From assembly GCA_963783575.1 (NCBI GenBank), contig CAWAOD010000011.1, positions 224,001-288,000 on the forward strand: DNA of 64,000 bases. Direction: 5' to 3'. This stretch comes from an uncultured Spirochaetota bacterium. Its GTDB lineage: Bacteria; Spirochaetota; Brevinematia; Brevinematales; JAOACQ01. How positions within the stretch are numbered: the first letter of the stretch is position 1; each line of letters starts with the position of its first letter. Shown here in pieces: positions 11,452 through 22,155 of the stretch. The notes beneath the pieces were generated by a model. It worked only from the letters and a program-made list of their open reading frames with translations. It did not search any database and had not been told where the DNA came from. A program made the translations under genes and the position numbers.

Positions 11452-11820
11452 TTTGATAAACATAAAGTCTGAATCGGGGCAAAGTCCAATATTTCAAGAC
11501 TTTCTGTCCGTTTCCCCGGGAGGCCGAAATCAGTTACTTTGAGAGAGTATTAGACTTTTTTAGAATCGAAACCGAGGATGAAAATGAGAAAAAGCGCATT
11601 TATTATTCTGCTCCCCTCGATAGTGCGGCAAAGCGGGAAGCCATGAACTCGGGGAGTGAATCAAATAACATTAACTCGAATAGAGGAGATACTTTGAGTA
11701 ATTTTGAAATTCTATATTGTGAATGTAATAAAGGGACAGGAGTTTTGGTTGCTTATTTTTAAGATAATTTTATCTGATATAAAGTGTTTATCATTTTCAT
11801 TAAAATAATAGAGGCTATTT

Positions 11821-14562
11821 ATGGGAAATTTTGAAAGAGGTTCCGAATGGGGAAAATGGGATTTACAGGTTCAAACAATTCTTGATAATGGTTATTTACA
11901 ATTAAAGGATTATTATGAATCATTAAAATCTTCAGATAATACTAAATGGGAAGCTTTTGTCTCACTTATTGGTGGTGAAAATAATGCACTTCTATATGAT
12001 TCAAAAGAATATTACAATGATTCAAGAATAAGCAAAAATGAAAGAGCAACAAATTATGTCCGAATATTTTTATCGTTTATACAAATTTATCAACCTGATC
12101 TTTCCTGTATTGTTCTTACAGACCATAATTATTATGATGATATATTAATAGATATTATGATTGAGATGAGTCAGGATAAAAATTGTAAAATTTTAGCAGG
12201 TGTTGAAATTAATGTTTGTGGTATACATATACTTGTAGTATTTGGTAAAAAGTCATATGGAAAAACAACATATTCAGAAACAATAAAAACTTTTCTATCG
12301 AAAATTGGAATTGATAGACAAAAAACTGACAACTCTTATACTTTAAGTACAGGCAGTTGTGAAAATGTATTAAAGGAAATAAAAGAATGCGAAGCAATTC
12401 CTATATTTCCACATTGTAATTCTGATAATGGACTTTTCCAAGAACGAACTAGAACAGATAGGACACATCTATCAAACATTTATAATTTCAATAAATTTAT
12501 AATTATCCAATCTAAGCAGAAAGAAATGATTGATAATACTATTGATTATATTAAAACAAAACCTAATTTATCAGCTAAAGTTTCTTCTACTATTGCTAGC
12601 GACGCAAGATCTCTAAAAGATATTGGCAAAGCAGATGATAGTGGTAATTTTTGCTGGATAAAAGCTGACCCAACTTTTGAGGGATTAAAACAAATCATTT
12701 ATGAACCGGATGAAAGGGTAAAAATACAACAAACAAAACCTGAGGAAAAAGCAAGGTATTATGTAATTGATTCAATAAAACTAGAGGAAGATAAATTTTG
12801 GAAACAAACAATTCCTCTTAATTCGAATCTTGTTACCATAATTGGTGGACGTTCAACAGGTAAATCTTTATTAATTGGAAGTATTTCAAAAAAGATAGTC
12901 TCATCTATAGATGAAATATACAATAAAATATTTACAAACGAACATATTGATATTATATGGCAAGATGAAGAACAAACATCTAATAGAGATATTGATTTCT
13001 TTCCTCAAAGTTATATGTATGAAATAGCTAATGACCAAAAAAAAACTGATGAATTAATTGAAGATATAATTAAAGATAAAGATGAAAAAAAATTACTAAT
13101 AGCTTATTATAACTTTTGTGATAATAATAGAACTCAATTAATAAATAAAATTAATACGTTATTTCAACTTCAATCTGAGATTGATAAGCGAAACATAGAA
13201 ATTAAAGAAAAAGGGGATAAATTAGGGGTTGAAAAGGAAATCAAACTATTAGAAGAAAAAATAAACAAAATTCATGATGGCAAAATTGTAACCCAAGATA
13301 TTCTTATAGAATATGAAACTATCAATAAAAATATTTCAGAAAAAGAACAACTTTTACAGATTATTGAAAGGGATTTAAGAGTAATAGAAAGTTTAAAAAC
13401 AAAAAACATTTTTAATCCATCAATTGAATATGAGTTTAACTCATTATCAGAAAAGACAAGACTTGCGATTACTAATGCATTAAATAAAGTTAAGGAAGAA
13501 GCGAAAACAAGATGGGAAGAAGAACTTGCAAAACAAGATTCAGGCCTAAAAATATTAAAAGAATCTTTATTTCATGGAATTAAATTAGAGAAAGAAAAAG
13601 AAACATTTAAAGAGGGGATCAAGTATTTCCAAGAAAATACACAATATCAGGAATTGCAAGGTAAGCTTAAATATGAACGTCTGAAATTATCAGAAATATC
13701 AGAAATTGAGATAAGTTTAAATAATCTGGAGAATCAAAAACAAATATTATTAAATGAGATTATTATATCTCATTTAAATTATTACATAAATGTACATGAA
13801 TTATCTAAATCTTTAAAATTTAATTGCGGAGGTATTTCAATAGAGACAAGTGTTGTCTTTAAAAAAGATCCCATGTTATCATTTTTTAATGAAAGATTAA
13901 ATCTTCGGGGAACAGAAAGGCAAAATTTTATTTTGGATTTTATTAATGATTATGAAACTAATATGTTTGCTCGTTGTGTTGAATTTCTTCAACTTGCTCT
14001 TAATAAAGAAATTGATTTTAAAGGGATGTATTCTAACAAATCACAACCAACTGTTGCTTCTGAATTACTTTCAACCAATTGGTTTGATATTACTTATAAT
14101 TTAACTTATCAAAAAGATGTTTTTTCAGAAATGTCTCAAGGCAAGCAAGCTTTTGTAATTCTAAAATTATTATTAGAATTTAGTAATAAAAAATGTCCTA
14201 TTTTAATTGATCAACCAGAAGATAGTTTAGACAATCGGGCAATTTATAATGAGTTAGTAACATATTTGAAAGATAAGAAAAAAGAAAGACAAATAATAAT
14301 TGTAACACATAATCCAAATGTTGTTGTAGGTTCAGATGCTGAACAAGTAATTGTTGCGAATCAGCATGGGAAGGATTCTAAAAATAAAAATTCTTTAAGA
14401 TTCCAATATGTTTCAGGTAGTTTAGAAAATACAATAGAAAAAGATAAATCTAATAAAATTATTTTGGAATCACAAGGTATAAGAGAGCATGTTTGTGAAA
14501 TATTAGAAGGCGGGAAAGAGGCTTTTGAAAAAAGAGAAAATAAATATGGTTTTAAGAAATAA
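11821..14562 (+). CDS. PHP phosphoesterase-ABC/SMC-like ATPase fusion (TrlF-like / Ppl-like putative defence protein)
   Basis: N-terminal RGSEWGKWDLQV, LTDHN, GVEI...HIL, PH and SDA, then Walker A GGRSTGKS, a coiled coil, signature MSQGKQA, Walker B ILIDQPED and H-loop IIVTHN. Confidence 0.85.
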   Translation: MGNFERGSEWGKWDLQVQTILDNGYLQLKDYYESLKSSDNTKWEAFVSLIGGENNALLYDSKEYYNDSRISKNERATNYVRIFLSFIQIYQPDLSCIVLTDHNYYDDILIDIMIEMSQDKNCKILAGVEINVCGIHILVVFGKKSYGKTTYSETIKTFLSKIGIDRQKTDNSYTLSTGSCENVLKEIKECEAIPIFPHCNSDNGLFQERTRTDRTHLSNIYNFNKFIIIQSKQKEMIDNTIDYIKTKPNLSAKVSSTIASDARSLKDIGKADDSGNFCWIKADPTFEGLKQIIYEPDERVKIQQTKPEEKARYYVIDSIKLEEDKFWKQTIPLNSNLVTIIGGRSTGKSLLIGSISKKIVSSIDEIYNKIFTNEHIDIIWQDEEQTSNRDIDFFPQSYMYEIANDQKKTDELIEDIIKDKDEKKLLIAYYNFCDNNRTQLINKINTLFQLQSEIDKRNIEIKEKGDKLGVEKEIKLLEEKINKIHDGKIVTQDILIEYETINKNISEKEQLLQIIERDLRVIESLKTKNIFNPSIEYEFNSLSEKTRLAITNALNKVKEEAKTRWEEELAKQDSGLKILKESLFHGIKLEKEKETFKEGIKYFQENTQYQELQGKLKYERLKLSEISEIEISLNNLENQKQILLNEIIISHLNYYINVHELSKSLKFNCGGISIETSVVFKKDPMLSFFNERLNLRGTERQNFILDFINDYETNMFARCVEFLQLALNKEIDFKGMYSNKSQPTVASELLSTNWFDITYNLTYQKDVFSEMSQGKQAFVILKLLLEFSNKKCPILIDQPEDSLDNRAIYNELVTYLKDKKKERQIIIVTHNPNVVVGSDAEQVIVANQHGKDSKNKNSLRFQYVSGSLENTIEKDKSNKIILESQGIREHVCEILEGGKEAFEKRENKYGFKK

Positions 14563-14680
14563 CGAAGGAAAGCCTTTGCACTTTTAGCTATGTTTTTTTA
14601 ATAAATTCATCCCAGAGTTTAAGGATTATTAAAACAAAACTTTTAACATTATCATCTATTTAAAAAAGATAGGAGGTTTT

Positions 14681-15202
14681 ATGTTTAACCTAGTTAATCT
14701 TAACGAGGTTCGAGAAGAAATGCTTGCTGAGATTCAATCAGATATTGATAACAAGAAGTTGTACCTATCCGAAAGACTTAACACAGATGGCATCCGCGAA
14801 TATCCTTCAAAATTGTTACAATCTGCAAAATCTTCTGATATTGATGGATTTATTCAATCATTAGGTATGAATTACTTTAACAGCCACTTCCAACGTCGAA
14901 AGCCGACCGGAGGATTTACACAAGTAACGATGCCAAGAGATGCTAATTGTATGCTTTGTGAAGGTGAGTTTAACAGATTCTATATTCGTGCAGTATGTTT
15001 AAAAGCTATTTCTTTGGGCAAACAATTTGTAACAGCGTATAGAGCCAGACCTTCTAATAATCCGCGGCCAGAATCATTAGCCGTTGAAAATCATCAGTTC
15101 GATGCTTCTAATCTTTTGAACGACTTACGCACTAATATTGGTGTCGATACAGCCCTTGGTATTCCACCAGGCCCAAACTCTGGAATTAGTGTGAGATTAT
15201 GA
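14681..15202 (+). CDS. Conserved hypothetical protein
   Basis: AGGAGG RBS and motif-like EGEFNRFYIRAVC and GIPPGPNSGISV. Function unknown. Confidence 0.75.
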   Translation: MFNLVNLNEVREEMLAEIQSDIDNKKLYLSERLNTDGIREYPSKLLQSAKSSDIDGFIQSLGMNYFNSHFQRRKPTGGFTQVTMPRDANCMLCEGEFNRFYIRAVCLKAISLGKQFVTAYRARPSNNPRPESLAVENHQFDASNLLNDLRTNIGVDTALGIPPGPNSGISVRL

Positions 15203-15276
15203 ACTAACTCCGAGTGACATTCGGGGCTTTATCATATAAAAAATGAATATATTTTTGGTTTAAAGAATACTCTTGG

Positions 15277-16419
15277 TTACTTTTTCATCTCACCAATTAT
15301 TAAATACTCAATTGTTTTATCAGCCTTATAATTTCTTTTAGAATGGTCAACATCCGCTCTGTATCTCTGGTATTCAATTTTTTCAATTTTATAATTTTGG
15401 CAATAGCTGTCAAATAAATTCATAATAAACTCTTCCGAAATTATTCCTTCGTTATTATAAGAAAACATAATATACTTTGACTTTATATTTGAGAATAATT
15501 TCTCAAAAGAATTTTCGGCTTTTGTCCTTTTACTGTAATCCGAAATTAATTCTTTACTATCTCTCAACCCGGTTACACCCCTTGGTGAAAAATTATTTAT
15601 ATCCCATTTCGCAATAGTTTCAAGGATATGATAGTTTGCCGAATATTGCCGGTGATTATACGGCGGGTCAATGTAAGTTAATAATATATCTTTTTTCTTT
15701 AATTTTTTTACAATTTCAAGAGCGTCGTTACAAAACACTTTATTCAAATCCGGTCTATGCTCGGAATAAATAGGTTTGATCCCGATAAGCTCCATAGGTT
15801 TATCAGCTGATTTTTTAATTTTTTTTAAATATGCTCCATAGACCGAAGTCGTGTTTGCGATTCTATCCGCTGATTCCAATAAACATGCTATCAGCCAGGT
15901 TTTCTCATTTAAACTTATCAATTTATTTATAAACCATTCTTCAATTTTATCTCTGATTGCCTGAATCTTTTTACCATTCTCTTTCGAAAAATACATGCGT
16001 TTTTTTGTTCCGCCTTCACAATAAAAATTATAAAATTGCCCTTTTTTTTCTTCTAAATCCTGTAAATAGGACAATACTTTTATAAACGGCTCGTTTTGAA
16101 TTTTCTGATTCCGGACTTTTAAGGAAAATATTTTAATATCTTCTTTTTTTGTGTTTTTAATCAACAAGCCTTCTTCACTTTTAAGAAGATTATTAAATTT
16201 TGGGAATTCATTTAACAAAATAGAAGACGCTGTCAGGCAATAAGAATAATATTGCCAGTCATTGGCATAAGAAACATAACCCATCGATTTGAATAATTGA
16301 GAAACTACACCTGTTCCCGAGAATAGATCAAAAGCAATGCCTTCTTTTGGAACATTAAAATCTTCAATTATCTTAGTCATTTTATTCAATAAACTATACT
16401 TGGAACCTATATAATTCAT
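15277..16419 (-). CDS. N6-adenine DNA methyltransferase (D12 class, M.NlaIII-like)
   Basis: MNYIGSK start, SAM motif DLFSGTG, catalytic YIDPPYN, YSANYHILETI and FSYNNEG. Confidence 0.9.
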   Translation of the reverse strand: MNYIGSKYSLLNKMTKIIEDFNVPKEGIAFDLFSGTGVVSQLFKSMGYVSYANDWQYYSYCLTASSILLNEFPKFNNLLKSEEGLLIKNTKKEDIKIFSLKVRNQKIQNEPFIKVLSYLQDLEEKKGQFYNFYCEGGTKKRMYFSKENGKKIQAIRDKIEEWFINKLISLNEKTWLIACLLESADRIANTTSVYGAYLKKIKKSADKPMELIGIKPIYSEHRPDLNKVFCNDALEIVKKLKKKDILLTYIDPPYNHRQYSANYHILETIAKWDINNFSPRGVTGLRDSKELISDYSKRTKAENSFEKLFSNIKSKYIMFSYNNEGIISEEFIMNLFDSYCQNYKIEKIEYQRYRADVDHSKRNYKADKTIEYLIIGEMKK

Positions 16420-16431
16420 GTTGATCTCTCA

Positions 16432-17538
16432 TTAAAAAGTTATGATATCCTGATTAAATTCAAGATTATGATTTACAGATACAACCCTATATTGATTAAT
16501 GCCATGGCCTCTTAAATATGTTTTAATTTCTTGATGAAAGTCATTATTTGTAGAAGGAGCTATAATTGTTGGTATAATTTGATGAACCGATATATCCGGA
16601 ATATGCGCTTTAAGCCATTTAATATATCTATTTAATTGACTGGCCGCTTCCGAACCGGCCTCAACCGATTTTAATTCAATAAGATGGATAAAGTTATTCA
16701 GTTCATTTTTTGCATAAATCAAAATATCGATACTTTGCATGCCGGCGCCCGCGTATATTTCATTGCCAATCCAGGTTATCTCAACATTTGGGAATAAATA
16801 GTTTGAAAACTTTATATTTCTTCCTATTTCCTGCATTAAATAAGCCTGTAATTGAAGTTCCCATTTTCTCTCATTTTCATCCATCAATTTCATTAAATGA
16901 TTATCAATCTTATCAAAATTATTTTTTTTTCCGGAATAATTATTAATTTGAGAGTTTTCTTTCAGTCTTATGTTTTCAGTATCAAAATCAATGTATTGGA
17001 AATTCAAAGTTTGTCCTGCATTAATTAAATCAAGCATTTTTTTTATTATATTTCCTTCATGCGGCAGCAATGGCGTACACCCTCTCCGGGCTGTCATTTT
17101 TCTGTATATAATTGACCAAGGAATATCATAAATTGATTTAAAATCAGACATTTCATCCATTGCTTGCCATTCTGTTAAGCCGGTTTTATATACTTTCTTT
17201 GCTTTTATTAACTGCCTGTATACCAAAGGCATTCCTATTAATTCATTTAAATATTCACCTGACGGCTCATAAATTGGATTTCCACTTATTATTTCAAATA
17301 TTCCGAAAAACCTTCCGCCTTCTCTGCTTTTATCGCTTTCAGGAGATTCCAGATAAAATAATATCTCATCACCTTTATGGACTCTGCATATATCTGCAAA
17401 CAACCCGGCTTGTGCTCTTTCAGAAGAGGCATTGACATTAATATTATTCCATGAACAATCATTTTTCTTTGTTACACCTGCAAACAAATATTTTAAATGA
17501 ATTGGTAAAGTTGTTTCTGAAACAATAAATAAATGCAT
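16432..17538 (-). CDS. Putative restriction endonuclease: EVE/PUA-like N-terminus plus NucS-like PD-(D/E)xK C-terminus
   Basis: RVHKGDEILFY...FFGIFEI in the N-terminal part and IDILIY...IELK...SQLNRY in the C-terminal part. Directly upstream of the methylase. Confidence 0.7.
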   Translation of the reverse strand: MHLFIVSETTLPIHLKYLFAGVTKKNDCSWNNINVNASSERAQAGLFADICRVHKGDEILFYLESPESDKSREGGRFFGIFEIISGNPIYEPSGEYLNELIGMPLVYRQLIKAKKVYKTGLTEWQAMDEMSDFKSIYDIPWSIIYRKMTARRGCTPLLPHEGNIIKKMLDLINAGQTLNFQYIDFDTENIRLKENSQINNYSGKKNNFDKIDNHLMKLMDENERKWELQLQAYLMQEIGRNIKFSNYLFPNVEITWIGNEIYAGAGMQSIDILIYAKNELNNFIHLIELKSVEAGSEAASQLNRYIKWLKAHIPDISVHQIIPTIIAPSTNNDFHQEIKTYLRGHGINQYRVVSVNHNLEFNQDIITF

Positions 17539-17696
17539 ATAAGCCTCATAAAATTAATAGACTCTAATTATAGCAAATTTATACATAAATTTCATATTCT
17601 AGTTTTTTTATTTCAAAGTTAATAATTCTTTAGTATAAAAACCAATAGTTTAAAATCCCGAAGCGATTTTCCCCCAATCTTAGGATAAAAGAAATT

Positions 17697-18093
17697 AGCC
17701 TGCTTAAGTGCGCCCCGCAGCATGAGCGCCATTTCTGATTGAGCTTTAGTGTGGCTTGAAGCAAAGTCGGTAATAAAATCGTTGTTATTCCCCTATAATG
17801 ATCAATCGATCTGTTCGTATTTCGCGGCCACGGAGGGCCGCGACCCGAACGCAGCAGGACTGCGGAGTGAGGCTCTTTAATAATAAAAGGATTGTTAATA
17901 AAACCTGGAATAACAACAGTAAAATTCTAAAAGCTTTTATTTAATATATCATTCCCCCTTAATAAATAATCTATTATTTACTTTAACCTTGAGAACAGGA
18001 TGTTCAATGGAACTTTTCATAGACTATGAAGATAGCCGAACGCTAGTTCGGTAGCAACACGATGTTGCAGAAATGGCGCTCATGCGAAGGGGC
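17697..18093. repeat. Structured repeat B, copy 2 (inverted, with extra internal sequence)
   Basis: Arms GCATGAGCGCCATTTC (17720) and GAAATGGCGCTCATGC (18070); core homologous to the reverse complement of 10133-10404. Confidence 0.85.
18031..18069 (+). repeat. 39-bp double-hairpin repeat C, copy 1
   Basis: GATAGCCGAACGCTAGTTCGGTAGCAACACGATGTTGCA; also at 25339 and 37865. Confidence 0.85.
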
Positions 18094-18106
18094 GATTCTT
18101 TCTCTG

Positions 18107-18141
18107 ATTACTCTCTTTCTGATCGTTCAGAAAGAGAGTAA
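18107..18141. terminator. Long perfect hairpin, possible terminator
   Basis: ATTACTCTCTTTCTGA-TCGT-TCAGAAAGAGAGTAAT. Confidence 0.4.
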
Positions 18142-18314
18142 TAAAGCCCCATGCCGTGGCTTTACGGCAAATTTCTTTTAAAAAACAAAAATAAATGTTA
18201 TTATAAAATAAGCCAAAAAGATGAATCAGATAGATTGCTTCGGTAAAGCACAACCGTTAAAGCGCCTCGCAATGATTTGCACCGGCTTATCATTAGAGCA
18301 ATAATGGAGACTAT

Positions 18315-19163
18315 ATGGAAATCATCGACAATAACGCCGAAAGGGCGCTTTCGCCCACAAGCATAGACCTCGCCGATTATGTCATCAACCCCTACAAAGG
18401 CTGTACCATCGGCTGCACATACTGCTACTCCCGCCGGAATAAGGGCATCTCAAAAATAAACCTCGAGTGGGGAGATTACGTCTATATCAAACAGAATCTT
18501 CCAGAGCTTCTTAATAAAGAGCTTGATTGCCTTGAATCTAAAAAAATAAAAAAAATCCTCCTGGGATCGACAACCGAGGTTTTTCAGCCCGCCGAGGAAA
18601 ATCACGGAATTACCCGTAGAATTTTGGAAATTTTGAAAGACAGGGAAATCCCTGTAGTGATTTTGACTAAAATGAAACTTATAATTGAGTATATTGATTT
18701 ACTGAAATACTCAAAGGGCAATACAGTATATTTTACATATAACTCTGAAAAAGTCCGGGATCTTTTTGAGAAGAGAGGCGACTCGCAATCCCAGAGACGC
18801 GATGCGATCGCGGCTTTACGTAAAAATAACATAAACCTGGCCGCGTATGTCAGTCCGGCATTTCCTTTTTTAACCGATGTTAAGAAGATATTTGAAGAGC
18901 TTCAGGGCATAACTGACAATGTTTTTTTTGAGGCTTATAACATAAAAATGGGGAATTGGTTTGATATCAGGAAAAAAATTGAAGATTTTGACGCGGCAGA
19001 TGACGGAATTATTTCCGAATACGAGAGAATATTTTTTAATGAAAACGAATATTACGCTTATTGGAATGGATTTGTCTCATCTGTAAACTCTCTTAACAGC
19101 GCATATGGTTATAAACTTAAATTTTACATTTATAATTACGATTCATATTATTACCGGATTTAA
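18315..19163 (+). CDS. Radical SAM protein (SPL-like family)
   Basis: NPYKGCTIGCTYCYS CxxxCxxC motif, LGSTTEVFQPAE and ILTK. Confidence 0.85.
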   Translation: MEIIDNNAERALSPTSIDLADYVINPYKGCTIGCTYCYSRRNKGISKINLEWGDYVYIKQNLPELLNKELDCLESKKIKKILLGSTTEVFQPAEENHGITRRILEILKDREIPVVILTKMKLIIEYIDLLKYSKGNTVYFTYNSEKVRDLFEKRGDSQSQRRDAIAALRKNNINLAAYVSPAFPFLTDVKKIFEELQGITDNVFFEAYNIKMGNWFDIRKKIEDFDAADDGIISEYERIFFNENEYYAYWNGFVSSVNSLNSAYGYKLKFYIYNYDSYYYRI

Positions 19164-19338
19164 AATCGCTCAATTTAAGCATTATCTAATAAATTGCTTG
19201 GTCGAGCAGATTTGTCAAAATTATTTATTTATATTATAATTAAAATACAATTCATATATTAAAAATGTTCAATACAACCTGTTCATATAACTGTTCCCTG
19301 CAATAATATTAAAAAGGTTATAGTTATGAAGTAGAAGG

Positions 19339-20205
19339 ATGAAAATAATGGAAATTAAATTAGAAGAGGCAAAAAAATTAATTGAAAAGTATGGACAGGA
19401 AAATGTTCCTATAATCTATCTTAATGATATAAATCTTGTTAACAGATCCAATAGCCTCAGGATTTCAAAAGGCCTGAAATTCGATCAATCCCAGTATGAT
19501 CTTCTATCAGATGCCGGGATTATGAAATTCGACGTGGTATATAATGAAAATTTGCATCAAAAGTTACTAAGCACTTTTCCAAATTGTTACAGGAAACCGG
19601 CAGGAAAAGGAAATATTATCGAGCTTGATAAAATTGTCGATGAACTGAATAAACTGAATTCACTCTCTAAAAGAAAGCGCTGTATAATATCGCTTTCTGA
19701 AATATATAAATCGTCAAATATCGGTAATACACCTATCCTGTTCTATGGTGAGAAGCTTGATTATGCCCGCTGGAACCAGGTTAAAGTCCATATAAACAGG
19801 AGCACGTTGATCGATTATACCTATGATGAGGGCGGAATTATAATTTTTTACATTTTGAATGCAAGCGATCCTTTATATATGCAGAAATTTATGAAATTTA
19901 CCGATCTGGTTTCCATTATTGTTGAAAGCAAATCTTCGGGAATAACCATTGCGCCTGAATTGAACCTTGAAAAGGACATTTACACGGTCAATGATAAATC
20001 AAAGCTATTGGAAACCTATGACAAAACAAAAGCCTCTCTCATAATTATGGGTGAAGACCTCAACAATGAATATAAAGAAGCTCTTATGCAGATTAAATCT
20101 TACGACAGATATGTCAAAATGATGGTTATAAAAGACCCGTCTCCGAAAAATAAGACTGAGATTCTTAACAAAATCAAAAGCGTTTATCAGCAGATTGAAC
20201 AATAA
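19339..20205 (+). CDS. Hypothetical protein
   Basis: 288-aa ORF; no recognised domain. Confidence 0.7.
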   Translation: MKIMEIKLEEAKKLIEKYGQENVPIIYLNDINLVNRSNSLRISKGLKFDQSQYDLLSDAGIMKFDVVYNENLHQKLLSTFPNCYRKPAGKGNIIELDKIVDELNKLNSLSKRKRCIISLSEIYKSSNIGNTPILFYGEKLDYARWNQVKVHINRSTLIDYTYDEGGIIIFYILNASDPLYMQKFMKFTDLVSIIVESKSSGITIAPELNLEKDIYTVNDKSKLLETYDKTKASLIIMGEDLNNEYKEALMQIKSYDRYVKMMVIKDPSPKNKTEILNKIKSVYQQIEQ

Positions 20206-20222
20206 TCATTTATTTTCAACCG

Positions 20223-20783
20223 TTACTGTTTATATGCATTTTTATAAAAATACCTGACAATAAATCCGATTATTATTCCATTGGCAATGCTTATGAGAAT
20301 TAGGACAGATATAAGGAAGACCGTTCCCCGGTCAAACCCGAAGAAAACCATAACAACAATTCCCTGGGAAATTGTGTTAAAAAATGCGCCTATGACCGAA
20401 AGCCCTATTTCCGAAACCGCTCCCTTAAGCAGCATGAAAAAAAGCATTGTAAAAATTACTGAAAACATTGCCCCTGTCAAACTTAGAAGATAGGTATATG
20501 TAAGAAATGAACCGATCATCAACGATGCGATCAAAGTCCTCAGGAAAGCGACTGTAAAAGCCAGCCCGGGCCGGTTCTCGATTATGAGAACCAGTGTAAC
20601 AAGATTTGCCACTCCGATCTTTGCCATAGGTATGGGTTTGGGAATCATTGTGTCGATAACTGACAATATTCCCGATAACGCTGTCAGAAAAGCTATCAAA
20701 TAAACTTTTCTGATATTTACCAGATCCTTATATTCCCGGATATCATTCAGTAATTGCATCGATTGATTGCTCTTGGTTATCAA
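20223..20783 (-). CDS. Gx transporter family membrane protein
   Basis: IPKPIPMAKIGVANLVTL and SVIGAFFNTISQ; sits next to a NusG domain II gene. Start uncertain. Confidence 0.8.
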   Translation of the reverse strand: MITKSNQSMQLLNDIREYKDLVNIRKVYLIAFLTALSGILSVIDTMIPKPIPMAKIGVANLVTLVLIIENRPGLAFTVAFLRTLIASLMIGSFLTYTYLLSLTGAMFSVIFTMLFFMLLKGAVSEIGLSVIGAFFNTISQGIVVMVFFGFDRGTVFLISVLILISIANGIIIGFIVRYFYKNAYKQ

Positions 20784-21096
20784 TTTTAATAATAATTCGG
20801 TTCGGCAGACAAATTATACTGTCCCCGGAAAGATGAATCCAGCCGCGTTTTACACAGATCTGCTCCGGGCAGTTTGATTCTTTCGCGCGTACTCTGCCGT
20901 TTTTTATCTCAACAACATAATTTCCCAATAAACCTTTTACATTGATTTCGCGGTCTTTTTCCAGCGAATACCGGTAATCGCCGTAAGGCGTTTTAATGAT
21001 GACGGATTTTCCGCCGGAAGAGCCGATGCCGAACAAGATTCCGCTTATTCCGGCAGACGTAACAAGCAGAATTATAAGAATATCCGCTAACTTCAT
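20743..21096 (-). CDS. NusG domain II-containing protein
   Basis: N-terminal TM segment and ESNCPEQICVKRGWI...IICLPNR. Confidence 0.85.
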   Translation of the reverse strand: MKLADILIILLVTSAGISGILFGIGSSGGKSVIIKTPYGDYRYSLEKDREINVKGLLGNYVVEIKNGRVRAKESNCPEQICVKRGWIHLSGDSIICLPNRIIIKIDNQEQSIDAITE

Positions 21097-21156
21097 AAAA
21101 AAACACAGCCGCTTTTTAAATAAACGCGCCGGCATAAATACCGTATGCGCCGGTCT

Positions 21157-22027
21157 CTACTTTTCAAGATATGAAGAATCGACATATTTAATCACCGCTT
21201 TGTCCATTTCTTCTTTGATGATTTTATCAGTCTCTTCGGCCCTGGCGGATTGAACAAGGTATTGTGCGAGTTTTTCCTTTATTTCATCATAGATCAATTT
21301 TTTACCGATTATTTTACCGTTCAGTTTATAAACAAGCATACCGCACTCAGGTGCCTGCATTGTCGCGACTTTTCCGATTTCCAGATCGGACATGACATTG
21401 TATACTTCCTCCGGAAGTTGATAAGCCGGAATATCGGTATGATTATGAAATTCCAGCCCTGCTTTTTCAAGTGCTTCGGTTATCTGATAAATATCTTTTT
21501 CCTGCAGAATATTATAAACACTTTTAACAATATCCGCGTTATCGCAATAGATCTCATAAAATGAGAATAAATCGGGTTCCTTCATAAGCTTTTCATTATT
21601 ATTGTAATATTCTTGTAATTCCTTTTCACTAAAGTTTGTATCCGAAATATAATGCTCATTCAGAAATTTTTCAATTGTCATATCTTTTTTTAATTCATCA
21701 AACAAATTTTCTTCCTGAATATGGAGCGATATCAAATTTTCTTTCCATTCTTCCTCGGTTGTGAAATTGGACCTCATCCTGTCTATATTTTGATGAACCG
21801 TTTCATGCTTCGACTTCGATTTTTTCAACGGCAGCTTTCTGAAGCAGAAGAGTTCTTTCGATAAGGCGGTTCAATACCTCGGTCTTGATGAATTTCATGT
21901 TATCCTTAGTCGGCTCAAAATCGGAATCTTCATCTTCTTCCATCTGTATTATATAACGCGAAACAGCGCTTTCCAGCAGTATTTCGGTAATATCTTCTCC
22001 ATTTATCCGGACGATTGTGCTGTTCAT
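21157..22027 (-). CDS. SurA/PpiC-type peptidylprolyl isomerase/chaperone, one +1 frameshift near 21808
   Basis: VRINGEDIT...VLNRLIERTLLLQKA continues in another frame into a PpiC-like region (LPEEVYNVMSDLEIGKVA). Confidence 0.7.
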
Positions 22028-22155
22028 ATTGTTTCTCCTGATAACTTCTATAAGTTATAATTATAAGGATTGTTTCAATAAAGATCAAAATAATTGATTC
22101 CATCCTGTTTTTGTTTTAGAATATAACACTTTATAAAGTTTTAAGGGGATCTTTA

